Below are positions 17,903 to 28,268 of a stretch of 64,000 nt of DNA, one piece after another. Source of the stretch: Thermoplasmatota archaeon (GTDB lineage: Archaea > Thermoplasmatota > E2 > DHVEG-1 > B18-G2). A program made the position numbers and the translations under genes. Below the pieces are notes generated by a model that was not told the origin of the DNA, did not search any database, and saw nothing but the letters and a program-made list of their open reading frames with translations. The stretch is from contig JAPDJO010000035.1 of assembly GCA_029259115.1 (NCBI GenBank), positions 1,769-65,768 on the forward strand, read 5' to 3'. The stretch's first letter is position 1. Each line of letters starts with the position of its first letter.

Positions 17903-18884
17903 CTTTATAGTCGAGGATATGGGGAGATTCAAATACCTTGGATGTGCAACTGTAGCGAGGGAGATATATCTTGCTTTGAGTAAAAAGATTGATGCAGATT
18001 GGAATGGGAAAGGTTATGATTATGAGATATTCCATTTCCATACATTTGGACCCTATGCCCTCTACAGACTCAAAAGGTCAAAAGGTATCAACATCCTTAC
18101 TGCACATTCCATGCCCAGCGTGAATGTGGGCAATATAATAGGAAGTAGAGATCTCTGGGAAAAGATCTATAGATGGATATACAACAAGTTTGATCACATA
18201 GTGGCGGTATCGAATGTGTGCAGAGAGGAACTGATACAGATGGATGTAAAGAAAGATTCTTCCGTGATTTACAACGGCATAGATCTTTGCAGGTTTGTAT
18301 TCTCCGAAGAGAAGAGAGAGAGTTTCAGAAGGAGATATGGTCTCAAAGATAAGTTTGTTGTGCTGAATGTTGGTCAGAAAACACCCAGGAAAGGTATATA
18401 CGATTTCATTGAGGTTGCAAGGATGTTAGAAGATGTTACGTTTGTCTGGGTTGGAGGCACTCCATACAGCATACTTTCCAAGGATTGGAAGAGGGTGAAG
18501 ATGATTGAAAGAGATTTACCTAAAAATGTGATATTTCCCGGATTCATACCAGACATCACCGAAGCATATTCTGGAGCAGATGTATTTTTCGCTCCGACGC
18601 ATGGCGAAACTTTTGGCTTAACTCATATAGAAGCTATGGCGTGCAATTTACCCGTAGTTACGAGGGATTTGGAGGTTTTCAGAGAGATACATGGTGATAA
18701 GATACTGTTGGGTAAAAACGTGGAAGACTTTGCAAGAATAATAAAGAGGTTGAAAGAAGATGAGGATTTCAGAAAGAGATATTCCAACTGTAGGAAGCAT
18801 GTAGAAGAGAGGTTTAACATAGAAAAGATATGCAGGGAACATATCGATCTCTACAATCGCTTATTGGATGGGTGCAGGTCTTGA
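17877..18884 (+). CDS. GT-B glycosyltransferase (family 4/group 1)
   Basis: C-terminal Glycos_transf_1 signature with EX7E (ETFGLTHIEAMACNLPVVTRD). The start is uncertain (ATGs at 17877, 17883, 17892). The gene overlaps the 3' end of the GT-C gene. Confidence 0.75.
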   Translation: MSMEGMRVNFIVEDMGRFKYLGCATVAREIYLALSKKIDADWNGKGYDYEIFHFHTFGPYALYRLKRSKGINILTAHSMPSVNVGNIIGSRDLWEKIYRWIYNKFDHIVAVSNVCREELIQMDVKKDSSVIYNGIDLCRFVFSEEKRESFRRRYGLKDKFVVLNVGQKTPRKGIYDFIEVARMLEDVTFVWVGGTPYSILSKDWKRVKMIERDLPKNVIFPGFIPDITEAYSGADVFFAPTHGETFGLTHIEAMACNLPVVTRDLEVFREIHGDKILLGKNVEDFARIIKRLKEDEDFRKRYSNCRKHVEERFNIEKICREHIDLYNRLLDGCRS

Positions 18885-21367
18885 TGATTGCAGAGAGAAT
18901 TGGAAACAATGTGGAGTTGAAAAATGGAAGGTACAGGATTCTGAAAAGAGGAGATCATTTTCTGTTGAAGGAGATCCTCATAAAAAAAGAGGAGCTTAAA
19001 TACGCTTTTATCGGTGGGATGTGGTATTACAGAGGGAGGTTTTCCTTGGAAAGCGATATCTCACTACCCTATCCCTTCTCAACATACTACACAATCAAGA
19101 TTCCGGATAAGATACATCAAGGCAGGGTATGTAGATCTCTAATATATGTAAAGATGCCTGTAGCGGTTCTGCAGTTCAGAGATAGATGTCTATGCATTGA
19201 GTTTGATCCGGTAGTGAAGATAAAAGATAAAGAGGTCTTTCCTTTTGTGTCGCTTGATGAAAATGAAGAACATTTTATGATCTCCTTTCACATATTCAAC
19301 GAGTTTTTCATCAAGACCAAGAGAAACGCATGGCTGGGATTTGGTAAAAATAGGAAGATTTGTCTCAACCTGAAAGAAGGAGATGAATTCAAGTTCAATG
19401 TAAGGATAAGAGAGTTTAGTGACTGGAGAGCTTGTATCAAGAGGATATTCTTGGAGAGATTGCCAGAAAAAGTGAGTGTTGATGATGCGGAAAAGATATT
19501 CTATAGAGGGAAAAGAGCTTTATGGAGATCCTTTGACGAATTGACTGGAACATTCCTGCAACTTCCCTGGAGTGGAACAACTGGATTCGTTTTCGTAAAC
19601 TCCAGCTACTCTTTACTCTCGTTTGAAGCAGTGAGGCTCTATTATTTCACGAAGTGGTACAGAGATAGTGGAGATAGAGATTTCTTGGAATGGAGCAGAA
19701 GATTGAAGGAGCTGCTCAAGAACCCTAAGCTTTATAAGAGAGAGTTGAAGAAAGGGGAAGGTATAGCCTGGTATAACATGACCAACTTGGGAAGGAAAGG
19801 TCTTGAGGGATTTTTTTATCTGGATTGTGGATACTCCGGCTACCCTGGTGGACAAGCTACTGTTGCATTTAACCTTCTAAGATATCTGGAAATGGAAGAG
19901 GATGCGGATCTTGAGACACTAGTAAAAGATTCTCTCAGATATATCCTTTCAACTCAAAATGCAAACGGCTCCTGGCCCATGGCGATACACCAGGAAGGAA
20001 TGTTGAGATTCAGACCTGAAAAACTGGAAAAATATGAAACTACTGGAGGGACCGCAGAATGCATCAGGGCTTTGCTCTTGGGTTACAGAATGTTCAATGA
20101 TGAGAGATTTCTGAAAAGTGCACTAAAGGGATTAGGATATCTAAGCAGAGAGTATCCCATATGTTATCATGGTCTCAGAGATATTGGAATAAATGAGGTT
20201 GAAGCTTTCTCGGCAATAAGCGTGATCGAAGCTTTCCTGGATGCATATGAGCTTATGGGCGACGAATCTTATCTGGAAAATGCCATAAATTATGCATTTT
20301 ACACACTTACATGGTTTTATCTGTGCGATACCGAAAGTTGGAAGATGAGTTTCAACTTCCATCCGATATCAGAATCTATAACCCCAAGACTATCCCCTTA
20401 TGAAAGTGCATTGATCGTTTCAACGTATTTTAGGCTGTATGACTTAACGGGAGATGAGTTCTGGTCAAGAATTGCAAGAGTATGTTACAGAGAAGTAACC
20501 AGATGGATCAGCAAGAATGGTGGTCTTTGCGAGGGGATCTTTCCTGATCTTTCTGATGGTCTCAGACCTTTGCCTATGGAACAGACGTTCGCTACCGTAG
20601 AGCTGATGAATGCATCCACCAGATTTTTCAATTTTTCACAGGGGTTTCAAAGATCTCTCGAAGAAGGTGAAGAACTTGAATTGAGAGTATCGGATGATAA
20701 AAAGAGGGTTGCTTTGGTCTACAAGGATAAAGAGATTCTCGTATTCGATGTTGAGAAATTCAAGATAGTCTCTGTATGCAACGCTAATCTCAACAGCTAT
20801 GGCATCTCGATCTCGTTTTTTGATCCATACTCAACGTGGAACAGAATAAAAATGAAAATAAAGAAATTACTGAGAGGAAGGTATGGTAAGTTTATCCTTG
20901 GCTTAGGTGAAATCGGGCACTTTATTAAAGGGGTGGAAGAGCCGAAAAACAGAAAAAGATTGAAGATCAAGATGTTTGAGAATGTAAGAAAAAAAGATTT
21001 TGGCGTAGAGGTAGAGAATGGCTCTACAGTTAAGGTTTTCTGTCGGACGGATCTACACAGAATGGAGAGCAAGATAAAAGGATGGTTCGATGGCAAAAGT
21101 TTCCACATACTGTTTGATCCCATAATCATAGAGGTTCTGGATCACGATCTATACTGCACAAAGGTATTATTCCCTGTGATCGGCAGTAAGTTAAGATCAT
21201 CAGAGGAAGGAAAACTGGTATTTGATGGGTTTGTTCTGCACATGGATTTCGATGATTTGGTGATAACAGAAGATTTTACAGCAATAGATCAAACTCTTTC
21301 AACCAACTGGACGCATGGAGGAGTGTATAAAGGCAGATTCATGATAGAGATACCGCAACTGAAATAA
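18884..21367 (+). CDS. Large uncharacterised cytoplasmic protein with a probable alpha/alpha-toroid domain
   Basis: The ATG at 18884 overlaps the GT4 TGA (TGATG), giving 827 aa. There is no signal peptide. The central region has a prenyltransferase/terpene-cyclase-like repeat signature (LSTQNANGSWP, GGTAECIRALLLG). I recognised no family. Confidence 0.5.
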   Translation: MIAERIGNNVELKNGRYRILKRGDHFLLKEILIKKEELKYAFIGGMWYYRGRFSLESDISLPYPFSTYYTIKIPDKIHQGRVCRSLIYVKMPVAVLQFRDRCLCIEFDPVVKIKDKEVFPFVSLDENEEHFMISFHIFNEFFIKTKRNAWLGFGKNRKICLNLKEGDEFKFNVRIREFSDWRACIKRIFLERLPEKVSVDDAEKIFYRGKRALWRSFDELTGTFLQLPWSGTTGFVFVNSSYSLLSFEAVRLYYFTKWYRDSGDRDFLEWSRRLKELLKNPKLYKRELKKGEGIAWYNMTNLGRKGLEGFFYLDCGYSGYPGGQATVAFNLLRYLEMEEDADLETLVKDSLRYILSTQNANGSWPMAIHQEGMLRFRPEKLEKYETTGGTAECIRALLLGYRMFNDERFLKSALKGLGYLSREYPICYHGLRDIGINEVEAFSAISVIEAFLDAYELMGDESYLENAINYAFYTLTWFYLCDTESWKMSFNFHPISESITPRLSPYESALIVSTYFRLYDLTGDEFWSRIARVCYREVTRWISKNGGLCEGIFPDLSDGLRPLPMEQTFATVELMNASTRFFNFSQGFQRSLEEGEELELRVSDDKKRVALVYKDKEILVFDVEKFKIVSVCNANLNSYGISISFFDPYSTWNRIKMKIKKLLRGRYGKFILGLGEIGHFIKGVEEPKNRKRLKIKMFENVRKKDFGVEVENGSTVKVFCRTDLHRMESKIKGWFDGKSFHILFDPIIIEVLDHDLYCTKVLFPVIGSKLRSSEEGKLVFDGFVLHMDFDDLVITEDFTAIDQTLSTNWTHGGVYKGRFMIEIPQLK

Positions 21368-21396
21368 AAGAAGACTTCTTTCAACTGTTTCTTGGG

Positions 21397-22437
21397 ATGA
21401 GCAAACCTCTCTCCATAAATAAATGGTGGCTTCCCATCTCGATACTCATATCAATTGTAATGATAGCTCTGGTAATCTATATGACCGTGGATAGAGAAAC
21501 CATCCACTACCTTTTCAAGATAGACCCTTTTTTCATCCTGATTGCAATATCATTGCATATAGCATCATGGTTTGTCTGGGCTCTAAGAATACTTATTCTA
21601 TCCAAACTTGCAAAGCCAGATTGCAACATGAAGTTCATCGATTCTATAAATGCGGTTATAACAAACCTGTTTCTCGCAGCGGTAACCCCATCGATGGCTG
21701 GAGGTGAACCCGTTAGGATCCAGATGCTTTCGAAAAAGGGTCTTGGTGTAGGAAGAGCTACCGCAGTTGTTATAGGTGAGAGGATATTTGATGCTATCCT
21801 TGTAATCTCTCTACTTCCTTTTGGGATCGCGGTAATAATATCACAAACCGGTATAGCTTCCAGCAGAGCGGTGATGCTTGGTCTCGCGATTGGGCTGGCA
21901 CTATTTTGCTTAGGTATAGCTATATTCATGTACAGCCTGCTGAAACCGGAAAAGATCAAGAATATTATCATAAGGTTAAATGAAAGATTCTCATCGATAC
22001 TAAAGGGGAGGATAGATACCGAAAAGTTCATCAGGACGATCGAGGGATTTATTAGGGAGTTTCAGATCGGGTCAAAGTTCATATTCAGCATGAAAAACAG
22101 CAGGGGTGTAATTGCTGTATTCGCTCTCACTGCTGTGTATTGGTTTCTCGAGTTTCTTGTTGCATCGTTTGTTCTACTTAGCCTACATCAGGATCCAATA
22201 TGGATAAAATCTGTAGCTGCTCAGATTCTGTTACTTGTCGTCATAATGATACCTTTGACTCCAGGGAGTAGTGGATTGGCAGAAGGAGTGGGTAGTCTGA
22301 TCTATGGCAATATGGTAAACTTGTCGATACTGGGCATATTCATCGCTCTCTGGAGATTTTTAACCTACCACATAAACATAATCGTGGGTGGTCTTTATCA
22401 GTACAAATTGGTCAAATCCTTCCTTCCAGAGTACTAA
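21397..22437 (+). CDS. UPF0104/LPG-synthase-TM family (flippase-like) membrane protein
   Basis: 346 aa, polytopic. The conserved motif LFLAAVTPSMAGGEPVRIQML is typical of TIGR00374/PF03706, a family often linked to glycosyltransferases. Confidence 0.7.
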   Translation: MSKPLSINKWWLPISILISIVMIALVIYMTVDRETIHYLFKIDPFFILIAISLHIASWFVWALRILILSKLAKPDCNMKFIDSINAVITNLFLAAVTPSMAGGEPVRIQMLSKKGLGVGRATAVVIGERIFDAILVISLLPFGIAVIISQTGIASSRAVMLGLAIGLALFCLGIAIFMYSLLKPEKIKNIIIRLNERFSSILKGRIDTEKFIRTIEGFIREFQIGSKFIFSMKNSRGVIAVFALTAVYWFLEFLVASFVLLSLHQDPIWIKSVAAQILLLVVIMIPLTPGSSGLAEGVGSLIYGNMVNLSILGIFIALWRFLTYHINIIVGGLYQYKLVKSFLPEY

Positions 22438-22845
22438 TTACTCAACTATCAAATCCTTTGAGTTTTTATCCGTTGTAGAAAGCAGAAACTCGTTACTCAT
22501 ACTGAGAGCATTTACCGGACAAGCATCGGTGCACTGTGCACAGAATGTGCATCTGTTCACATATATTCTTATCTTCTTCTTATCCTCTATGTACTCTATG
22601 GCATCTGAAGGGCATACTTTTGTACAAAGCCTACAACCTATACATTTCTCTCTATCATAGACTATCTTTCCTCTGAATCCCGGAGGTGTTTCGATTGGCG
22701 GATTTATCTTGATCTCCCCTTTCTTAACAGCTTCGACAAATCTGCTCGGAGATGATGGAGCATATTTTGCTGGAAATAGGTTTGTGAAAGGTCTCCTGAA
22801 CATCTGCCTTATCAATTCTCCTATCATCGCAAACCTCATATCCAT
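22438..22845 (-). CDS. mbhN: Membrane-bound hydrogenase subunit MbhN (2x[4Fe-4S] ferredoxin, NuoI-like)
   Basis: Two CxxCxxCxxxCP motifs (CIGCRLCTKVCP, CTFCAQCTDACP). This is the last gene of the mbh operon. Confidence 0.8.
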   Translation of the reverse strand: MDMRFAMIGELIRQMFRRPFTNLFPAKYAPSSPSRFVEAVKKGEIKINPPIETPPGFRGKIVYDREKCIGCRLCTKVCPSDAIEYIEDKKKIRIYVNRCTFCAQCTDACPVNALSMSNEFLLSTTDKNSKDLIVE

Positions 22846-23855
22846 CCCCTTGAGATGGCAACTTTGTCAAACATCACAAGAACTAAACCTATTAAACTGA
22901 TTAAAGTCAAGGTTATCCAGTACGTGGAAACAACCTGATCTATCTTTAGCCTGGCGACGCCCACCCTTATAAGGGTTACAGAAAATAGGATGACCAGGAA
23001 AACCTTCAGCAAGTAGAACAGAAAGTCTGCGATGTATGCTGCATAACTAGACAAATTAAGGATCGGTGAAAGGTTGTACGGGAAGAAGAGAGTCACTATG
23101 ATTGTAGCCATCGCTACCGTTTTTACCGCATCCGCTAGATAGAACATTCCCAGATTTCTTCCCGAGTATTCAACCAGTAGACCTCCAGCTATCTCTGTCT
23201 CAGCCTCTGGAACATCAAATGGTATCTTTGAGAGCTCTCCAGGTGTGACTATCACCAGAATTACTAGCAATAGGAGTAGACCTAGTATCCCTAAAATTCC
23301 GACGTTATTCCATATTGGATATGATGCTATGGAGGAGAGTGAAAATGGATTTTGGACATTTGCTTCGTTCAATCTCCATGCAATAGAGATTATCGCTATT
23401 GCAAGAGGGAATTCATAAGAAATCATCAAGACCATCTCTCTCTGGGCTCCAACCGTAGCATAGGGTGAACTCGATGCAAATCCTCCAAGTACCATGGCAA
23501 GGGATGGTATCATTAGAAGGTATAGGATCAGTATCAAATCACCCTCTGTAGATAGTATCGGTCCAAAACTACCTATCGGCAGATATAACATGATCGTTAT
23601 AGAAGATGCCAAAGCTATTACAGGAGCTAAATTAAACAGCCATCCTACCGCCTGTTCGGGTACAATATTCTCTTTGGAGAAAAGCTTTATCACATCCCAA
23701 AAGGGTTGTCTTATGGGTGGCCCTACTCTAGCCTGCATGTGAGCAGCTAATTTCCTATCTATACCTTTGTAAAGTAAGCCAAAGATGATTGTAAATATAG
23801 CTATCCCTATCGCTCCAAATACAGCTTTGAATGCCTGATCTATTATCTCAATCAT
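22836..23855 (-). CDS. mbhM: MbhM (NuoH/HycD-like membrane subunit)
   Basis: 339-aa polytopic protein with the NuoH signature GPPIRQPFWDVIKLFSKE. Confidence 0.8.
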   Translation of the reverse strand: MIEIIDQAFKAVFGAIGIAIFTIIFGLLYKGIDRKLAAHMQARVGPPIRQPFWDVIKLFSKENIVPEQAVGWLFNLAPVIALASSITIMLYLPIGSFGPILSTEGDLILILYLLMIPSLAMVLGGFASSSPYATVGAQREMVLMISYEFPLAIAIISIAWRLNEANVQNPFSLSSIASYPIWNNVGILGILGLLLLLVILVIVTPGELSKIPFDVPEAETEIAGGLLVEYSGRNLGMFYLADAVKTVAMATIIVTLFFPYNLSPILNLSSYAAYIADFLFYLLKVFLVILFSVTLIRVGVARLKIDQVVSTYWITLTLISLIGLVLVMFDKVAISRGWI

Positions 23856-25069
23856 CCGATCAGCCTCCTGGTCTTTTCGATGCTCAATTTATGAAGATAC
23901 TCATGTGTTACTATCTCTTTTCTTCCATCCTTCACTATAGCTACTCTATTGGTACAGGAAAGGCATGGATCTGTAGATGCAGCAACGATGGGTATATCCG
24001 CTATCTGCTCGCCTTTTAGCATGGGTATCCATGGCATGAGATTATTATAGGTTGGTGCTCTCACTTTCCAAGTATATGGTGTATCTTGCTCTCTCATCTT
24101 AACGTAGTGTATAACCTCTCCCCTCGGTGCTTCTGCTCTACCTACACCATCTCCAGATGCTTTTTTGAGTAGAGCTAAGAGTTTCGCTACCTTTGGTTCA
24201 AACATTATCTCTCCATCTGGCATGTTGTCCAAGCATTGCTCAATTATCTCTACCGATTGCTTAACTTCCAGCAATCTCACAATGATCCTATCGTAAACAT
24301 CTCCTCTTATCTCTCCAGTGAGTATGTCTGGAGTGATATAATCTATGTCAAGATCTCCATAAGCCGCATATGGAAAGTCTACCCTGACATCCTTCTTTAC
24401 CCCACTTGCCCTCGTTGTTGGACCTACCGCGCAGAGTTTGAGAGCATCTTCCTTTGTCAATATTCCGCAGTCCCTACTTCTCAACTTAACCGTCTTATCA
24501 TCGAGGAAAACATGCTTGAGCTTTTCAAACGATTTCTTGTAGAAATCTAGTGCTTCTCTTATCTTTGGATACTGCTCTTTTGTTATATCTCTCCTCACCC
24601 CTCCTATGGTAAACATGGCTTTCGTTATCCTGTTACCAGTAAGGTACTCCAGTAGATCCAGAACCTTTTCTCTGACTCTCCATGTTAGGTAAAGAACAGA
24701 ATCAAATCCTATCTCGTGAGCGGCTACACCTGCCCATAGGATGTGAGAATGGATTCTCTCGAGTTCCGCTATTATCGTTCTTATGTACTGAGCCCTATCT
24801 GGGACATCTATCTTTGCAGCATTCTCCACAGCTATACAGAATGCAAAAGGGTGAGAAATGTTACATATACCGCATATCCTCTCAGCTATTGGCAATATCT
24901 GCAAAGGATTTTTCCTATGCATCCCTATCCATTCTATCCCCCTATGGACATGCCCTACTTTGAAATCAACGTTTACTATCCTCTCTCCCTCTATCTCGAA
25001 CTCAAACATTACAGGCTCCTTTAGCGCGGGATGCACTGGACCTATTGGAATAGAATAGCTAACCTTCAT
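23852..25069 (-). CDS. mbhL: MbhL, [NiFe] hydrogenase large (catalytic) subunit, group 4
   Basis: The N-terminal RICGICNISH and the C-terminal DPCLSC Ni-Fe ligand motifs are both present. It is NuoD/HycE-like, 405 aa. Confidence 0.9.
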   Translation of the reverse strand: MKVSYSIPIGPVHPALKEPVMFEFEIEGERIVNVDFKVGHVHRGIEWIGMHRKNPLQILPIAERICGICNISHPFAFCIAVENAAKIDVPDRAQYIRTIIAELERIHSHILWAGVAAHEIGFDSVLYLTWRVREKVLDLLEYLTGNRITKAMFTIGGVRRDITKEQYPKIREALDFYKKSFEKLKHVFLDDKTVKLRSRDCGILTKEDALKLCAVGPTTRASGVKKDVRVDFPYAAYGDLDIDYITPDILTGEIRGDVYDRIIVRLLEVKQSVEIIEQCLDNMPDGEIMFEPKVAKLLALLKKASGDGVGRAEAPRGEVIHYVKMREQDTPYTWKVRAPTYNNLMPWIPMLKGEQIADIPIVAASTDPCLSCTNRVAIVKDGRKEIVTHEYLHKLSIEKTRRLIG

Positions 25070-25595
25070 CTTCTCTCACCTCGTAAAGATCTCTAATCAT
25101 TTTATCAGGTCCTGTTTCATCCCTGCGCCATGGATACACGCCTTCTGGAAAGTCTTCTGGCAGGAATATTCTTCTATCATCAGGTATACCCTCTATCTTT
25201 ATTCCCAGCATCTCCTGCTTCTCTCTCTCTGTAACCAGTGCTCCAGGGATAAGATCACAGATCGTTGGAACCGTGAGATCATTCTTGGGTAATTCAATTG
25301 AAAAGTTTATTGCTATTTCTTGGTATTTTCTTCCATAGTATATTGAAAAGTGATATATCAGCTCCACAGTGTTACCAAGATCACTGCCAGATATTATGGC
25401 AAGGTGAGGATAATCTAGCTCCATGAGATATTTGACAAAGTCTTTAAGTATCTCTCTCCTCCCCTTAATCCATAGGTTCACTCTTTCCCTTTTCTTAACT
25501 CCAACAGCCTTCTTATCTATAGTTATATCCTTAACTTCAAATCTCTTCTTTATCTCCTCTGCAAGCTCCTCTGCGGTCAGTATCTTCTCGCTCAT
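25059..25595 (-). CDS. mbhK: MbhK (NuoC/30-kDa-like subunit)
   Basis: Assigned from its position between the J and L subunits and its NuoC-like size. The likely start MSEKIL at 25595 directly follows the mbhJ stop; the tracked ORF extends to 25628. Confidence 0.75.
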   Translation of the reverse strand: MSEKILTAEELAEEIKKRFEVKDITIDKKAVGVKKRERVNLWIKGRREILKDFVKYLMELDYPHLAIISGSDLGNTVELIYHFSIYYGRKYQEIAINFSIELPKNDLTVPTICDLIPGALVTEREKQEMLGIKIEGIPDDRRIFLPEDFPEGVYPWRRDETGPDKMIRDLYEVREDEG

Positions 25596-26029
25596 CTCTT
25601 CCCCTCCAAGCTCTCCAGTTTCAACCAAGCTTTGACTACACCATCGATTATAGCTTCTGGTCTTGGAGGACAGCCAGGCACATACACATCTACGGGAATC
25701 AATCTATCAACCGGACCAACTAGGTTGTATGATGTATGGAAAGTATGACCAGTGGATCCACAGTTTCCAACAACTATAACAGCCTTTGGATCCGGAACTT
25801 GTTCATATACCCTTTTTACCTTATCTGCCATCTGTCTGGTTACTGGACCAGTAACTAGCAAAACATCTGCATGTCTTGGAGATCCAACAAGCTTTATTCC
25901 AAATCTCTCAACGTCATATCTAGGAGTTAGAGCAGCTATTATCTCTATATCACAGCCATTGCAAGATCCTGTATTGAGATGGAACACCCAAAGAGATCTC
26001 TTGAACGATTTTGGAAGAGTTGTTTGCAT
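25592..26029 (-). CDS. mbhJ: MbhJ, hydrogenase small subunit (NuoB-like, [4Fe-4S])
   Basis: Cys ligands GSCNGCDIE, GNCG and PGCPPRPE. The likely start MQTTLP at 26029 overlaps the mbhI stop (TAATG). Confidence 0.85.
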   Translation of the reverse strand: MQTTLPKSFKRSLWVFHLNTGSCNGCDIEIIAALTPRYDVERFGIKLVGSPRHADVLLVTGPVTRQMADKVKRVYEQVPDPKAVIVVGNCGSTGHTFHTSYNLVGPVDRLIPVDVYVPGCPPRPEAIIDGVVKAWLKLESLEGKR

Positions 26030-26364
26030 TAAATCACCTCCACAACAACGAACAGGAGGATTATTACAATAATGAACCATAAAACATAATCTCTGAGATC
26101 TCCAGTATGGAGTTTTTTCATCATCTGATAGTATCCTTTCATAGATTCCTTGAATCCCCAGTAAAGATTCTCGCTCTTCAGCATCAATTTATCTGGCTCT
26201 TCCACATTTCCTGATAAGAATGGCTTTACCTGCTCGGTATCTTTCTTGTAGTCTCTCCTACCAAACGATCGTATTATGTAAACTATGAGCAGAGAAACGA
26301 TGAATGCTATAAGCCATGCAATTGGATTCCAGAATCCACTTCCGGTAGGCAAGGTAAAGTCCAT
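26029..26364 (-). CDS. mbhI: MbhI (small membrane subunit)
   Basis: 111 aa with two hydrophobic helices. Its position between mbhH and mbhJ matches the Pyrococcus mbh operon. Confidence 0.65.
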   Translation of the reverse strand: MDFTLPTGSGFWNPIAWLIAFIVSLLIVYIIRSFGRRDYKKDTEQVKPFLSGNVEEPDKLMLKSENLYWGFKESMKGYYQMMKKLHTGDLRDYVLWFIIVIILLFVVVEVI

Positions 26365-27912
26365 CTAAACACCCCCAAGTATTGAACCTATGTAAGCATC
26401 TACATTCGACAGTGCATGAACCGCAGGATTGACTATGGAGTTTACAACAAGGCTTGGAAATATACCGAATAAGACTATAATTAAAGATATGCATGCCATC
26501 GATATGAGCATGGGTTTCGGAACCTCTTTGATATCCTTTAGGTTTGAATTCTCGGGCCCGAGGAATACAGAGTAAAAGATTCTGACGAATATGGCAAGCA
26601 TGAGTATACTTGAGAGGATAGCTATTATTGCGAGAATTGGATTTAATGCATAGGTTGATTCATAGATCAGTATCTTCGATGCAAATCCGTTCATTGGTGG
26701 CATGCCAGACGCAGCCAGCAAACCGATGAGGAAAAATATAGTGGTAAATCTCATCCTTCTTGCCAAACCTCCAAGGTTATTCATGTCCCTCTCCTTGGTC
26801 GCATAGATGATTGAACCCGCAGCAAGGAATAGTAGACCCATATCTAAAGCATCATTAAATATGTGAAAGATCCCTCCTTTGAGAGCTGTTACTCCATGAC
26901 CTTCTACTCCTAAGAACAGAGCAGTACCTATCCCAAGTAATATATATCCCATCTCGGCAACGGCAGCATAGGCTATCGCTCTCGTCAAGCTGGATTGGAT
27001 TAGAGTCATTGTTGCTCCTATGAATATAGAGGCGAAGGCTAGAGCGACTAAAACACCTGCTATAGCTTGCATATCAAAAGCTTTACCATAAATCGTAAAG
27101 CAAACTCTAATTAAACCATACAAACTTGCTTGGGTTGCAGCTATTATTGCAAAGGTAACAGATGATGGAGCTTCGCCATAAGCATCTGGCATCCACATAT
27201 GCATCGGAGCTATACCTGACTTCATCGCCAAAGATCCTATCAGAAGAATAAGGGCTATCTTATCTATGTAGGTATTGCTGAGAGAGTTTGCTATCATAGC
27301 CATATTTAAGGCATCGTATTGTCCGTAAAGAAGACCGATCGCAAATAATAGGAAGAGAGCACCAATAGAGCTTATAGCGAGATATTTAATTGCTGCCTCA
27401 AGGGACTCTCCCCTATCCACTGAGAAAGCGATCAAAGCGGATGCAGATATTGATGCTATCTCTATAAACACGAAGAAGTTGAACATATCTCCAGTTAGCT
27501 CCATGCCTAGCATACCAACTAAGAGAAGCAAGAGTAAGGTATAGTATCTATCAGAGCCGTTTTCATCTTTTATGAAGGATGTTGAGTATAGAACCGCAAA
27601 GAATGCAAGGAGCAAACTTATCATAGCCATGAATATACTCATTCCATCTATCTCAAATATTATCCTAACAGGTATAGAAATCGTGGATGGTGATGTTAAA
27701 GAGGGGATTTTTGCACCAAATGTGTATTTGATGATACCTTCTGAGTAAACCTGCTGTGCCAAGATGATACCTATGATAGAGGTCAGTATGAGAATAATCA
27801 GAACAAATGCATCCCTTACCCTTCTACCCAATTTTCCTATTAAAGGTGTAAGGAAAGCTCCGAGGAGAGGAATTGCTATTATTAGAGCTGGAGAATGAAC
27901 CGCTATATTCAT
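26365..27912 (-). CDS. mbhH: MbhH (MrpD/NuoL/M/N-like antiporter subunit)
   Basis: 515-aa polytopic protein with proton-pumping antiporter-like composition and motifs (e.g. MHMWMPDAYGEAP). Confidence 0.85.
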   Translation of the reverse strand: MNIAVHSPALIIAIPLLGAFLTPLIGKLGRRVRDAFVLIILILTSIIGIILAQQVYSEGIIKYTFGAKIPSLTSPSTISIPVRIIFEIDGMSIFMAMISLLLAFFAVLYSTSFIKDENGSDRYYTLLLLLLVGMLGMELTGDMFNFFVFIEIASISASALIAFSVDRGESLEAAIKYLAISSIGALFLLFAIGLLYGQYDALNMAMIANSLSNTYIDKIALILLIGSLAMKSGIAPMHMWMPDAYGEAPSSVTFAIIAATQASLYGLIRVCFTIYGKAFDMQAIAGVLVALAFASIFIGATMTLIQSSLTRAIAYAAVAEMGYILLGIGTALFLGVEGHGVTALKGGIFHIFNDALDMGLLFLAAGSIIYATKERDMNNLGGLARRMRFTTIFFLIGLLAASGMPPMNGFASKILIYESTYALNPILAIIAILSSILMLAIFVRIFYSVFLGPENSNLKDIKEVPKPMLISMACISLIIVLFGIFPSLVVNSIVNPAVHALSNVDAYIGSILGGV

Positions 27913-28268
27913 CCCTTCAACCTCCTTATCTTCGATATATCCAAGGTTCCGTATCTCTTATAGATCTGGACTGAGATCGCCAACATAAGAGCTAGCACAG
28001 CAACTCCTATGACTATACTTGTTAGTGTCAATGCTTGAGGAACTGGAAGAGTCATTCCTCCAGGTATGCTTGTGCCTTCCGGAAGGTTTGTATAGATAGG
28101 TGCAACTGCATTCTTTCTGTATCCTAAGGTTATGAGAAACAGATTAACTCCGCTTTCTAAAATGGTAATACCTATGACAATCTTTATCAGATTTCTCTTG
28201 AACAGTATAGCGTAGAGACCTATCATTATAAGGGCTGCAACCGCTATGTAAGGAATATTGTAGATCAT
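27909..28268 (-). CDS. mbhG: MbhG (MrpC/NuoK-like)
   Basis: 119 aa with three TM helices. Assigned from operon position, and it has 4-nt overlaps with both neighbours. Confidence 0.7.
   Translation of the reverse strand: MIYNIPYIAVAALIMIGLYAILFKRNLIKIVIGITILESGVNLFLITLGYRKNAVAPIYTNLPEGTSIPGGMTLPVPQALTLTSIVIGVAVLALMLAISVQIYKRYGTLDISKIRRLKG

Noticed and set aside
21507-22031. 174-aa minus-strand ORF.
   Set aside because: It is antisense to the UPF0104 membrane protein gene, which has a family signature. This is a shadow ORF.
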